A DNA stretch of 64,000 bases from Coriobacteriia bacterium (GCA_019429145.1 JAHYJI010000003.1:47-64046); one strand, 5' to 3'. Shown: positions 41,351 to 51,813, counted from the first letter of the stretch. Translations and numbers: made by a program. The notes: a model not told the origin generated them from the letters alone.

Positions 41351-42172
41351 GTGCCACTCATCCTGATCACCGGCGTGTCCACGGGAATCGGGCGCGCTCT
41401 TGCAGAGCGCTTCGCCCGCGACGGGTGGACGGTCGTCGGCACGGTGCGCGACGCAGCGAAGATGGCCGACGTGCAGTGGCCGGGTGAGGTGCGGCTCGAG
41501 ACCGCGGACCTGGCGCAGCGCGGATCGGGTCGCGCTCTCGCCGCGCGCGTGCTCTCCGCCCACGGGACGCCCGACGTGGTCGTCAATAACGCCGGCACGC
41601 TGGAGTTCGGGCCGGTGGAGGACGAGTCTCCCGACTCCGCGGAGGAGGTCTTCCGCGTCAACGTCTTCGAGCCGGTCGAGATCATCCGGGCGCTCGCGCC
41701 CGCGATGCGTACGGCAGGCGGGGGAACCGTGGTGAACGTGACGTCGCTCGGCGGACGCATGGTGTTCCCCTTCTTCACGACGTACAACTCCAGCAAGCAT
41801 GCGCTCGAGGGGTACTCGGAAGGGCTCTGGCACGAGCTCCAGCTCTCGAAGATACGCGTCAAGGCGGTCGAGCCGGGGTTCGTCGAGACCGCAGTCTGGG
41901 GTAAGTCGGTGCGCAACCGGGGAGACTCCCCCTACCAGGGCAGTGGCCCGTACGGTCCGGCGATGGAGGCCATGGCCCGCTTCGAAGGGTCCATCTCGAA
42001 CCGTTCGACGCCGGAGCAGGCCGCCGAGGAGATACGGACGGCGATCCTCGACCCGTCTGACCGGCTCCGCTATCCGGTCGCCTCCTACGCCCGCCCGATG
42101 CTGCGTGCGCGCCGCTGGCTCGGAGACCTGAGGGTGATGCGCTTCTTCCACTCCCGGTGGATGGGGAAGTAG
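41351..42172 (+). CDS. SDR-family oxidoreductase (divergent from the fatty-acid cluster)
   Basis: GTG 41351, 7 nt after GGAGG: VPLILITGVSTGIGRALAERFA, catalytic YNSSKHAL. Confidence 0.8.
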   Translation: MPLILITGVSTGIGRALAERFARDGWTVVGTVRDAAKMADVQWPGEVRLETADLAQRGSGRALAARVLSAHGTPDVVVNNAGTLEFGPVEDESPDSAEEVFRVNVFEPVEIIRALAPAMRTAGGGTVVNVTSLGGRMVFPFFTTYNSSKHALEGYSEGLWHELQLSKIRVKAVEPGFVETAVWGKSVRNRGDSPYQGSGPYGPAMEAMARFEGSISNRSTPEQAAEEIRTAILDPSDRLRYPVASYARPMLRARRWLGDLRVMRFFHSRWMGK

Positions 42173-42259
42173 GCGACGGGAGCACGCGGGCGCCCCTTTG
42201 CGTTGTCATACCAAGATGCATACAATCGGTATGAACGATTGGCTGTCCGAGGAGTAAGC

Positions 42260-42580
42260 ATGGCTGCACGCGTTACGATCACACTGCCCGAGGACGTGCT
42301 CGATCGACTCGACACGATCGCTCGCGAGGAGGGCGTGGCACGCAGCGAGGTCGTTCGTGAAGCTGCGGCGCACTATCTCACGGCGCATGCCACGCGCGCC
42401 GAGGCCGATGCGCGCAAACATGCCGTCGATGACGGGATCGTATGGCTCGAAGGGCTTGCGATGTCCGGCTCAGCAGCTCCCGGCGTAGACAGCCTGGCGG
42501 TCCTTCGGGAGCTTCGGGGAGACGAGGCGGCCGGCACTCCGCTCGAACACGATGGGCGCAGGAGTGAGAGGCGTCGATGA
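42260..42580 (+). CDS. vapB: Ribbon-helix-helix (CopG/VapB-like) antitoxin
   Basis: ATG 42260 after GAGGAG: MAARVTITLPEDVLDRLDTIAREEGVARSEVVREAAAHYL. ATGA overlap with the PIN gene. Confidence 0.7.
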   Translation: MAARVTITLPEDVLDRLDTIAREEGVARSEVVREAAAHYLTAHATRAEADARKHAVDDGIVWLEGLAMSGSAAPGVDSLAVLRELRGDEAAGTPLEHDGRRSERRR

Positions 42581-42975
42581 ACACGGTGGTGCTCGATGCC
42601 TCGGTAGGCGTCAAGTGGTTTCGCGACGAGTCCGGTTCGGCGGAGGCCCGCGCGATGCTTCGGTCGCACGGCTCCGGAGAGATACGGATCGTGGTGCCGT
42701 CGCTGTTCGTGTACGAGTTCGCGGGTGTAGCCACGCGACTTCTCCAGCCCGATGAGGCACGGGATCTGTGGGCACGCTTCCTCGACTGGCGCATCAGCGT
42801 GCGCGAGGTCGGGGATTCGCTGATGCGCGACGCGTTCGACATCCGCGAACGCTATGGCTGCACGCTGCACGACGCGCTCTCACCCGCACTTGCAGCGCAG
42901 ATCGGGGCGACTCTCTGCTCGGCCGATCGCCGCGCCCATGGCGGAATGCCCGGTGCGGTCATCATCGGCGAGTAG
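42577..42975 (+). CDS. vapC: PIN-domain toxin VapC
   Basis: 132 aa: MNTVVLDASVGVKWF... (first acidic residue) ...YGCTLHDALSPALAAQIGATLCSADRR. Confidence 0.8.
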   Translation: MNTVVLDASVGVKWFRDESGSAEARAMLRSHGSGEIRIVVPSLFVYEFAGVATRLLQPDEARDLWARFLDWRISVREVGDSLMRDAFDIRERYGCTLHDALSPALAAQIGATLCSADRRAHGGMPGAVIIGE

Positions 42976-42996
42976 AGCAGCGTCGGTGTCCGGCCG

Positions 42997-45900
42997 CTAC
43001 CCTCCGAGCAGCATGACCTTCACGTGGTGCTCCCGGCCGTCGCCTGACAGCGGCACGAGGGGTTCGTCGAGGACGGCGCCATCGAGCTCGATCCAGGCCA
43101 CGCCCCGGTTCACGCCGCGGGGGTTCTCGACCGTGATGTGGTAGGTCGAGTCCCCGTCCCGGTAGATCATCTCGAACCCGGGCCACGTCTTGGGTATGCA
43201 GGGGTCGACGGTGAAGTGCCGTTGTCCGCTCTGTGCCAGGGGGCGCAGGCCGAGCAGGTTGTTGACGGTCACCCGGTAGAACCACGACGCCGAGCCGGTG
43301 TACCAGGTCCACCCGCCCCGGCCGGTGTGCGGGGCGACCGCGTAGACGTCGGCGGCCACCACGTACGGCTCGACCTTGTAGCGGGCCACGCCCCCGGCAT
43401 CGAGTGCATGGTTGATCGGGTTGATGAGATCGATGAGCGAGACACCCTCGTCGCCGTCACCCCTCAGCAGGTGTGCGAGCGCGACCCAGATCGCCGCGTG
43501 CGTGTACTGCCCGCCGTTCTCGCGAACGCCGGGCACGTAGCCCTTGATGTAGCCGGGGTCATGCGACATGCGATCGAACGGCGGCGAGAGCAGGGCGACC
43601 AGCCCGTCCTCCATCCGCACCAGTTTCTCCTCGACCGATTCGAGCGCGCGGGCGGCGCGAACGGGGTCGCCCTGGCCGGAGATGACCGCCCATGCCTGGG
43701 CGATCGCGTCGATCCGGCACTCCTCGGCGTCCTTGGTACCGAGCGGCGTGCCGTCGTCGAAGTACGCACGGCGGTACCAGCCGCCGTCCCAGCCGGACTC
43801 GTCGGCCGCTGCGACGAGCCGGGCGGCGTGTTCGCGGTAGCGCTCGGCGCGATCCGTCTCGCCCTTCAGCTCGCAGAGCGGAGCGAATGCCCGGAGTGTC
43901 ACGTCGAGGAACCACGCGAGCCACACGCTCTCACCCAGGCCTTCGTGACCGACGCGGTTCATGCCGTCGTTCCAGTCGCCGCCGCCGATGAGCGGGAGCC
44001 CGTGCGCGCCGACATCGAAGGCGAGATCGAGGGCGGCCGTGCAGTGCTCGTAGACGCTCGCGGTCTTCTCGCTCACCGTCGGCTGTACGTAGGCGTCCTC
44101 GGCACCCGGCTCCAGCAGGGGCGCCTCGATAAAGGGAGTGCGCACGTCGAGCACGCTCGTGTCCCCGGTGGCAGCGACGTACTCGGCGGTCACGAAGGCG
44201 AGCCAGTGGCGGTCGTCGGTGATGCGGGTGCGCACGCCCCGGCCGGAGAGAGGCTGCCACCAGTGCAGCACGTCGCCCTGTTCGAACTGGCGGCGCGAGG
44301 CCTCGACGATCTGGGCGCGCATGAGGTCGGGGCGTGCAAGCGCAAGTCCGAGCGTGTCCTGCAGTTGGTCGCGGAAGCCGAGGGCTCCTGACGACTGGTA
44401 GGTTGCGGTGCGTCCCCACAGCCGGCATGCGAGCGACTGGTAGAGCAGGCGCCCGTTGACGAGCAGGTCCAGCGTCGGGTCCGGGGTGCTCACCTGGACG
44501 GTCTGTAGCATCCCGGCCCACATCGCGCGGACTCCCTCGAGTGCGCGGTCGACCGACCCGGGGGAGCGGTAGCGTGCGACGAGGCCGCGGGCTTCCTCGA
44601 GCCGCTCGGTCTGGCCGAGCATGAACGTGACCTCGCTGCTCTCGCCGGGTGCGAGCGAGACCCCGGTCATGAGCGCGCCGCAGTTGTCGTGGAAGCGCCC
44701 GCTGCGCCCGTCGAGCCGCTCGCGTTCCATTGCGGCGGGGGCGGCGGGTCGGCGGTTGCGGCCCACGAACTCGCTGCGGCTCGCGGTCCACGAGTGGAGT
44801 GGCCGGTCGCACGCGAGGAAGGTCGGCCGCCCGGGGAAGTCGGGATTGTAGTGGTTGTGCGCGGTGAGCATGTCGTGCTCGGCATCGAACCACGTGACGA
44901 CGAGATGTTGTGCCTGGCTGCGCGATGAGCCGAGCACCCACTCGACGAACTGGGTCGCGGTGAGCCGCCTCGGCACGGCCGAGACGTTGGTCAGGCGAAG
45001 TCGTACGAGACGTACGGGGTCCTCGGCGGGTACGAACCAGTCGAGTTCGTGGGCGATCCCGTGGGAGATGTGCTCGAAGCGCGTGTAGCCGAACCCGTGG
45101 CGAACGACAAAGGGCTCGGTCGAGCGACAGGGGAGCGGGGTGGGGCTCCAGTACTCGCCGGTCTCCTCGTCGCGGATGTAGATGACCTCGCCCGAGCCGT
45201 CCGAGACCGGGTCGTTGTTCCAGGTGGTGATCCGGTTCTCGTGGCTGTTGACCGCCCACGTGCATCCAATGCCCGCCTCTGAGACCAGGCAGCCGAACTC
45301 GGGCGTGGCCATGACGTTGACCCACGGTGCGGGAGTGGTCGCGCCATCCTCGAGCACGATGACGTACTCGCTGGTCTGCGGGTCGAAGCCGCCCAGACCG
45401 TTGTCGTGCACGAGCGATGGCCGCTCGAAGGCAGGCGCGTCGAACTCGCGCGGCTCTGACACCAGTTCCAGCGCCGGTGGGTCGACCGGCCGCTCGCCGC
45501 GGCGGTTGAGTTGCAGTTCGATGGTGCCTCCATCGCCCTCGAGCACGGCGCGCGCCACGCTCTCGAGCAGGTTCAAGACGTCGGGGTGCATCTGGTCGGA
45601 GCGGCGCAGGAAGATGCCGCCCGGCTTGTCGACGAGCTGCAGAGCGTGTCCGGTGCGCACGAGGAGTCGCAGCCGGTCGTCGAGCTCGTCGGAGTAGGCG
45701 GTGGGGCGCGTGTTGAGCACGACGAGGTCGGAGACGAGTCCCTTGTGCCGCCAGTACTGGTGGGCAAGGAGCGCCTGGCGTACGAGAGGTGCATGCTCCG
45801 GCTCGTCGATGCGCACGAGCAGGATGGGGTTGTCCCCGGAGATGCCGAGCGACCAGAGCCCGGAGATCGGCAGGCCATTCTCGACCGGCGTCTTGGCTTT

Positions 45901-48900
45901 GAGCGGTGAGTACGGATCGGTGAGCAGCAGGCGAGACGCGAGCCGCTGCAGCACCACCGCGTCCTCGGCCGCGATCCCCAGGTCTCGCAGCTCGATCTGG
46001 GCCGCCGTCCAGGACAGGTCGATGGCGCGCTGTGAGGTGCGGATGTCCTGGTAGCGCTCGGCCAGCGTGAGTGCCTCGTCCCGGCTGGCGGCTACGCCGG
46101 TCACGTATGCGAGCCGTGCGCTCTCACCGGGACCGAGCTCGAGCGTATGCCGGATGGCGCACGCCGGGTCGAGCACGGCGCCCGCGGTCCCGGACAGGGC
46201 GCCTCCGGCGTGTACGGCCGCAGGAGTATCTGCGCCGTGCAGCCGTCCGAGGAAGCGGGCGCGGTCGCTCTCGTAACTCCACTCGCACGGACCGTCTTCG
46301 CAGCCCAGCACGTGGAAGCCCCACAGCCGCTCCTCGGCCGAGGAGCGCGGGCGCCGCGAGAAGAGCAGCGTGTCCTGTGTGTCGACGGCCTCGGTCTCGA
46401 CGAAGAGGTTGGAGAACGCCTTGTGTGCCTGGTCACCGCCCTGGTCGGTGAGGGCGATCTCGAAGTAACTCGTGACCTCGATCCGGTGGGGTTCCAGTCC
46501 ACGGTTCGACACGGTGAGACGGCGCACCTCGACGTCGTCTTCGGGAGAGACCGCGACCTCGGTACGGGTCTCGATGTCTCCGTCGCGACGGTAGTACTCG
46601 GCTTTGTCCGCCGAGAAGGTGACATGGTACGTGTCCGGCCGGGTCGAGACCGGGTTGTGCGCCGCCGACCAGACCGCACCGCTATCGACATCTCTGAGGT
46701 AGAAGAAGTGCCCCCAGCAGTCGCGAGTGATGTCCTCCCGGTACCGGGTCACCGAGATCCCCTTGTAGCGGCTGTAGCCGCCTCCCCCGTTGGTGACCAT
46801 GACCGAGTAACGGCCGTTGGACAGGAAGTGCGTGGCGGGTGCGGGAGTGTCCGCGAGCGGGTAGGAGCGGGTGACCGGCACCGGCAGCTCTTCGACCGAG
46901 CGGACCGACTCGACCTCGGCGACGTGGGGCGTGGCGAGCGCCACCGCACGCGGTGCACGCTCCTGGAGCAGCAGTTCGGCCGAGGCGACGGTCGGGTCGC
47001 AGTGGAAGCGCTCGCGCATGCGGTCACCCGTCAGCGCGTTGCCGATCGCAACGAAGCTCATGCCCTGGTGGTGCGCGAAGTACGAGCGGACCACTGCCCG
47101 CCGTTCGCCGGCGGGTACGCGTCCGGGAGTGAAGTCGACTGCCTCGTAGTACCCGTAGCGCCCGCGAGCGCCGATGTCGGCGAGGCGCCCGAGGTTGGCG
47201 TGGACGTGATCTGCCGCCACCGGCAGTGCGAGCAGCGTGGCGTAGGGAGCGATGACGATGTCCTCGGACAGGCCGCGCTTCAGGCCGAGACCCGGAACGC
47301 CGAACGCCTGATACTGGTAGGTCAGGTCCGCGTCGAGCACGTTGAACGCGGACTCCGACACGCCCCACGGGACTCCGAGCTCCCGCCCGTAGTGGATCTG
47401 CCGTCTGACCACCGCATCGTAGGTCTGGTCGAGCAGGGTCAGAGGCCAGGAGCGCATGACAAGCAGGGGCATGAGGTACTCGAACATCGACGCACTCCAC
47501 GAGAGCAGCGCCTGACCACCGTTCGCACGCGTGATCTGTCTACCGAGCCGGAACCAGTGCTCCTGCGGTACGTCGCCCTTCGCGATGGAGAGGAACGACG
47601 CGAGACGGCACTCCGAGGCGAGCATGTCGTAGTAGGAGTCGTCGAGGTGACCCTCTGCGGTGTTGTACCCGATCGAGAACAGCAGCCGCCGCTCGTCGAA
47701 GAGTACCGAGAAGTCGGTGTGTTCCCACATCTCGCGCGCGATATCGGCGCTCAGCCGCAGTCTGCCGAGCAACTCCGTGCAGCCCGGGCGTGCCGAGCGC
47801 ACGCCGGCGGCGACCGTCTCGGCCCACCGCGCCGCGGTCGATCGCTCGGACTCCTCCTCGCCCGGTGGTCCCTGCGCGATAGAGTCCAGGGCCTCGAGAG
47901 CCAGATCGAGCCCCTCGGAGAGCCCCACCAGGCTCGGCACGTGCGTGAGCAGGGGAGCGAGTGCAGCCGCGCGGACGTCGGTGGCAACCGCCCGGGGCAC
48001 CTCGGAGGTGACGGCGGCCCACGGGGCGAATGTCTCGAGGAGGGAGAGGGCGTCAGTGACCAGTCCGGTGACACTCTCAAGCGAGGCGCGGATACGGGCG
48101 GCCGGATCGGTGACGTGGAGCGGGTCTGCGGAGACGGCAGGAGCCGCGATGCTTTCGAGGTCCCCCGCCGCGTCGAGGGCCCGCTCGGCTAGTCCGTACC
48201 AGCGCATCAGCAGCGCGTGCCACGCGCCGGCATCGGCCGGCTGATCGGCGATCGCGGCATCGCGCCGCAACTCTTCGAGGGCCGTGCGCACCGCGGAGAC
48301 CGACTCCTCCGGTGTGAGGTGCGTCCGCTCCTCGGCAAGGTCGTGAAGCGCGAGCGCGACCGTGTCCTCGAGACCGGAGCGCAGCTGCGGGCCGAGGACC
48401 GGCGCTTCGGACGCCTCCAGGAGGCCGCCGCGAAGCACGAGCAGGTGGCCGGCGAGGTTACCGCTGTCCACGGTCGAGATGTAGTGTGGCGGCAGCGGTT
48501 CGAGCGTGCGAGTGTCGTACCAGTTGTAGAAGTGGCCCCGGAACCGCCGCATGCCGGCCATCGAGGAGAGCGTGTCTGCCGTGCGCTCCACGAGCGCGCC
48601 CAGCGTCTGGTAGCCGAGGTCGTATGCGGTCAGACCTGCGATGAGCTGCAGTCCGATGTTGGTGGGAGAGGTCCGGTAGGCCACCTCGCCCTTCGGGTCC
48701 TCCTGGAAGTTGTCGGGTGCCAGGTGGTTGCCTTCAGGCCCCACGAAGGTCTCGAAGAAGCGCCACGTCGACCGCGCGGTGCGCCTCAGCTCCTGGACGA
48801 GTGCGGGCTCCAGGGGCCTGCGCTCGAGGGCCCGGGTGCGTGAGACCCGCCATGCAACGAACGGCCCCGCTGCGAAGAGCGCGATGAGTGGTGCCGCCAC

Positions 48901-51813
48901 TGCCGCCCGCATGGGGGAGGCGAGCGTGCCCGGCATGAGCAGCACGATGGCGGCGACAGCGGCGGGGCCGAGGCGCCGCAGGTATCCGGAGACGCCCGGG
49001 CCGACGGAGCGCTCCACGTCTGCGGCGGTCTCCCACTCGAGCAGATCCCGGCGCGACACCCACATGCGCCACAGAGCACGCGACGCGGCGTCGATCATCT
49101 GGTACGCGTGATGGGGGAGTATCGCAAGCGCGAGGAGCGTGCGTGCGGAGTCCCGGCCGAAGTTGGCCCATACGGTCGAGGCGGTCCGCAGGAACGGGAC
49201 GTCCGGCGTCCGGAAAAGCAAGCCGTTCGCAGCGCTGAAGTACACGGGAAAGAGCAGCATGAGCATCATGATGAGCGGCCACGCCCATGCGGGCCCGGGC
49301 AGGAGCGCCCAGCCAAGTGTGAGCAGGGCCAGCATCGCCGGTCCGGACAGACTGCGCCGCAGGTTGTCGATCATCTTCCAGCGGTGCAGTGGGGTCAGCG
49401 GGTTGGGTGCCGTTCCCTGCTCGCGCGGTATGCGGCCACCGAGCCAGGGGAGCGTCTGCCAATCACCGCGCACCCACCGGTGCAGCCGCGCCGCCTGAGC
49501 GCGGTAGGCCGCGGGGTAGTCGTCGAGTACCTCGATGTCGGACGCCAGCCCGACGCGCACGAAGCACCCCTCGAGCAGGTCGTGAGAGAGTAGGGTGTTT
49601 TCCGGGATGGCGCCGTCCAAGACGCCTTCGAAGACGTTGATCTCGTAGATGCCTTTGCCGGTGAAGCTACCCTCGGCAAAGACGTCCTGGTAGGTGTCGG
49701 AGACGGCGCCGGAGTACGGGTCGATGCCCGTGACCCCTGAGTGCAACCACGCGTAGAAGGACCGGGTCGAGGCGGGGAGCGCCATGGAGACTCTCGGCTG
49801 GATGAGTCCGTAGCCCCTCCGGACGATGGGTTCGCCCGGTGTCCAGCGAGCGCGGTTCAGCGGGTGGGCGATGGTTGAGACGAGCTTGCGTGCCGTGTCG
49901 CGCGGCAACTGGGTGTCGGCATCGAGAGTCAGCACGAAGGTGACGCCTGCGAGGAACGATTCATCTCCGATGCGGTGGGTGAAGGACGTCTCGCGCGAGC
50001 GTTTCAGCAGGTGGTTGAGCTCGACGAGCGAACCGCGCTTGCGCTCCCAGCCCATCCAGGTGCCCTCGGTCTCGTTGAACGTGCGGCCCCGCATGAACAT
50101 GAAGAAAGGCGACCGCCCGTGCTCGGCGGCATAGCGCTCGTTGAGCTCGGCCACGCCGCGGATCGCCGCCTCGATGATCTCCGAATCGCCCTCGCGGTGT
50201 TCGCTGTCGCCGCCGCGGAGGTCGCCGAGGAGCCCGAAGCCGAGTTGCTCGTCACGGTTCGCAAGGTACGCCACCTCGATGTTGTCGAGCACCGAGCGAA
50301 CCGAACCCACGGACGTGAGCAGTGCGGGCACGACGACCAGGGTGCGGTGCGGTTCTTCGAGTGGCTCGAGGTAGTCGAGTTTGGGCAGCACGCGCGGGGG
50401 AAATGCAGCCGCCGCAAGCCGGTTGGTCACCGTGAGCGCGACATCGGAGAGCGGTATGAGTGCGAGCAGGATCACCGGGACGAGCAATACGGGTGCAGTG
50501 CCGGAGGAGAGCGCGTAGAACGCCAGCACTGCCGCGAGCACTGCGGTGATCGCCGCGATCGAACCCCAGTAGAAGAGAGCGCGGTGGCGGTGCAGGCTCG
50601 TCTCGAACCGGTCTCGCATACTCCGGGAGTAGGCGATGCTCTCTTCGAAACCCGGCCGGCCTTCCCCTATCAGGTAGTAGCCGACATGGCCGAGCGCAGG
50701 ATCGCCGTCCGCCAGCTCTGCGCCCTCCAGAGCCCAGCTCATCGCCGCCTCTGCGACCGCTATCTCCCCCAACGCGCAGCGCCGTGCGAGCTTCTCGAGT
50801 ACGTGCCGGTAGCGGTCGCGGCTGTGGAAGTCCATCCGTGCGTACACGCCGACGGGATCCGTGCGCAGGATGAGTTCGACGAAGCTGGTCTCCTCGAAGA
50901 ACCCCTTCCAGTCGAACGCCTCGAGGAAACGCACCGACGTGATGGAGTTCGCGATCGAGACCTGGTCGGCGGCCTGCTCCTGTTGGAGGCTGTGGGCCAG
51001 TGCGTCAAGGTCATAACCCGCCGAGACGAACCGCCGGGCGAGGAATGCGTTGGTGGCCTCTGAGCCCGCGTCCTCCCCCTGGAGACGCTGCGAGAGACGT
51101 ACGAAGAACGCTGGCGTCGCGTCTCCCGATACCTCACCGAGTTCGCCGAGGAGCGAGCGCAGTTCGTCGGGCCGGTCCTGGGCGGTCAGGAGGAGGCGCT
51201 CTGCCCACTCGTCCGCTGCCCGGGTTGCCCGGTACGAGGCGACCACCCGGGCGGAGAGCCGGCGGAGGTTCTCGACGAGCGCGACCCGCAGCATGATGGG
51301 GATCGCCCACGTCTCTCCGATGGTGAGCGGGGAGACGTCCTGGAAGCCCTGAACGAAGCGTCCGAGGAACTCCTCATCGAGGCGGGCGTCGGTGTAGGCC
51401 ACCAGAGATATCGTGGCCTCGTAGATGCGGGGGAACCCCTTGAGAGGATCGGTGGTCAGGCGCGGCAGCTCGACACCGTAGCGTTCGGGCAGGTCGTGGA
51501 GCACGGCTCGCACCTGCTCGTCTATCAGGTAGTAGTTGTCGAGAAGCCACTCGGTTGCGGGGGAGACCGGGTGCAGGTTGCGAACGGCCGCCGTCAGCAC
51601 GGCGTTGTCCGATTCGAGAGAGGCTGCCGCGCGCTTGAGCAGCGGAATGAGCGGGGTGGTCGCGGGCGGGGACTCGGTGGTCCACGTCTGCGCCCGAGCG
51701 AGGCGTCGCGCAGCATCTCCGATGCGCTCTGCACTGAGGAGCTCGCCCCTGTAGGGAGGCTCCATGCCCGCCTGATCGCCGGCGATTGGTACTGCGGTAC
51801 GCACGTCGGTCAC
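42997..51813 (-). CDS. Cyclic beta-1,2-glucan synthase-type giant protein (GT84 glycosyltransferase, TM region, GH94 phosphorylase-like domains; Cgs/ChvB/NdvB family)
   Basis: 2,938 aa. GT domain with VLTLDADTQLPRD. TM-rich middle section. C-terminal GH94-like GLPLIGGGDWNDGMN and GGQYTHAAIW. Size and order match Cgs/NdvB. GTG start after GAAAGG. Confidence 0.9.
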   Translation of the reverse strand: MTDVRTAVPIAGDQAGMEPPYRGELLSAERIGDAARRLARAQTWTTESPPATTPLIPLLKRAAASLESDNAVLTAAVRNLHPVSPATEWLLDNYYLIDEQVRAVLHDLPERYGVELPRLTTDPLKGFPRIYEATISLVAYTDARLDEEFLGRFVQGFQDVSPLTIGETWAIPIMLRVALVENLRRLSARVVASYRATRAADEWAERLLLTAQDRPDELRSLLGELGEVSGDATPAFFVRLSQRLQGEDAGSEATNAFLARRFVSAGYDLDALAHSLQQEQAADQVSIANSITSVRFLEAFDWKGFFEETSFVELILRTDPVGVYARMDFHSRDRYRHVLEKLARRCALGEIAVAEAAMSWALEGAELADGDPALGHVGYYLIGEGRPGFEESIAYSRSMRDRFETSLHRHRALFYWGSIAAITAVLAAVLAFYALSSGTAPVLLVPVILLALIPLSDVALTVTNRLAAAAFPPRVLPKLDYLEPLEEPHRTLVVVPALLTSVGSVRSVLDNIEVAYLANRDEQLGFGLLGDLRGGDSEHREGDSEIIEAAIRGVAELNERYAAEHGRSPFFMFMRGRTFNETEGTWMGWERKRGSLVELNHLLKRSRETSFTHRIGDESFLAGVTFVLTLDADTQLPRDTARKLVSTIAHPLNRARWTPGEPIVRRGYGLIQPRVSMALPASTRSFYAWLHSGVTGIDPYSGAVSDTYQDVFAEGSFTGKGIYEINVFEGVLDGAIPENTLLSHDLLEGCFVRVGLASDIEVLDDYPAAYRAQAARLHRWVRGDWQTLPWLGGRIPREQGTAPNPLTPLHRWKMIDNLRRSLSGPAMLALLTLGWALLPGPAWAWPLIMMLMLLFPVYFSAANGLLFRTPDVPFLRTASTVWANFGRDSARTLLALAILPHHAYQMIDAASRALWRMWVSRRDLLEWETAADVERSVGPGVSGYLRRLGPAAVAAIVLLMPGTLASPMRAAVAAPLIALFAAGPFVAWRVSRTRALERRPLEPALVQELRRTARSTWRFFETFVGPEGNHLAPDNFQEDPKGEVAYRTSPTNIGLQLIAGLTAYDLGYQTLGALVERTADTLSSMAGMRRFRGHFYNWYDTRTLEPLPPHYISTVDSGNLAGHLLVLRGGLLEASEAPVLGPQLRSGLEDTVALALHDLAEERTHLTPEESVSAVRTALEELRRDAAIADQPADAGAWHALLMRWYGLAERALDAAGDLESIAAPAVSADPLHVTDPAARIRASLESVTGLVTDALSLLETFAPWAAVTSEVPRAVATDVRAAALAPLLTHVPSLVGLSEGLDLALEALDSIAQGPPGEEESERSTAARWAETVAAGVRSARPGCTELLGRLRLSADIAREMWEHTDFSVLFDERRLLFSIGYNTAEGHLDDSYYDMLASECRLASFLSIAKGDVPQEHWFRLGRQITRANGGQALLSWSASMFEYLMPLLVMRSWPLTLLDQTYDAVVRRQIHYGRELGVPWGVSESAFNVLDADLTYQYQAFGVPGLGLKRGLSEDIVIAPYATLLALPVAADHVHANLGRLADIGARGRYGYYEAVDFTPGRVPAGERRAVVRSYFAHHQGMSFVAIGNALTGDRMRERFHCDPTVASAELLLQERAPRAVALATPHVAEVESVRSVEELPVPVTRSYPLADTPAPATHFLSNGRYSVMVTNGGGGYSRYKGISVTRYREDITRDCWGHFFYLRDVDSGAVWSAAHNPVSTRPDTYHVTFSADKAEYYRRDGDIETRTEVAVSPEDDVEVRRLTVSNRGLEPHRIEVTSYFEIALTDQGGDQAHKAFSNLFVETEAVDTQDTLLFSRRPRSSAEERLWGFHVLGCEDGPCEWSYESDRARFLGRLHGADTPAAVHAGGALSGTAGAVLDPACAIRHTLELGPGESARLAYVTGVAASRDEALTLAERYQDIRTSQRAIDLSWTAAQIELRDLGIAAEDAVVLQRLASRLLLTDPYSPLKAKTPVENGLPISGLWSLGISGDNPILLVRIDEPEHAPLVRQALLAHQYWRHKGLVSDLVVLNTRPTAYSDELDDRLRLLVRTGHALQLVDKPGGIFLRRSDQMHPDVLNLLESVARAVLEGDGGTIELQLNRRGERPVDPPALELVSEPREFDAPAFERPSLVHDNGLGGFDPQTSEYVIVLEDGATTPAPWVNVMATPEFGCLVSEAGIGCTWAVNSHENRITTWNNDPVSDGSGEVIYIRDEETGEYWSPTPLPCRSTEPFVVRHGFGYTRFEHISHGIAHELDWFVPAEDPVRLVRLRLTNVSAVPRRLTATQFVEWVLGSSRSQAQHLVVTWFDAEHDMLTAHNHYNPDFPGRPTFLACDRPLHSWTASRSEFVGRNRRPAAPAAMERERLDGRSGRFHDNCGALMTGVSLAPGESSEVTFMLGQTERLEEARGLVARYRSPGSVDRALEGVRAMWAGMLQTVQVSTPDPTLDLLVNGRLLYQSLACRLWGRTATYQSSGALGFRDQLQDTLGLALARPDLMRAQIVEASRRQFEQGDVLHWWQPLSGRGVRTRITDDRHWLAFVTAEYVAATGDTSVLDVRTPFIEAPLLEPGAEDAYVQPTVSEKTASVYEHCTAALDLAFDVGAHGLPLIGGGDWNDGMNRVGHEGLGESVWLAWFLDVTLRAFAPLCELKGETDRAERYREHAARLVAAADESGWDGGWYRRAYFDDGTPLGTKDAEECRIDAIAQAWAVISGQGDPVRAARALESVEEKLVRMEDGLVALLSPPFDRMSHDPGYIKGYVPGVRENGGQYTHAAIWVALAHLLRGDGDEGVSLIDLINPINHALDAGGVARYKVEPYVVAADVYAVAPHTGRGGWTWYTGSASWFYRVTVNNLLGLRPLAQSGQRHFTVDPCIPKTWPGFEMIYRDGDSTYHITVENPRGVNRGVAWIELDGAVLDEPLVPLSGDGREHHVKVMLLGG

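Noticed and set aside
43138-51063. Numerous 100-680-aa ORFs on both strands inside the glucan synthase gene (e.g. 46147-48192 +, 43931-45325 -)
   Set aside because: They are shadow ORFs of the 2,938-aa frame. They have low-complexity, Arg-rich composition and no motifs.
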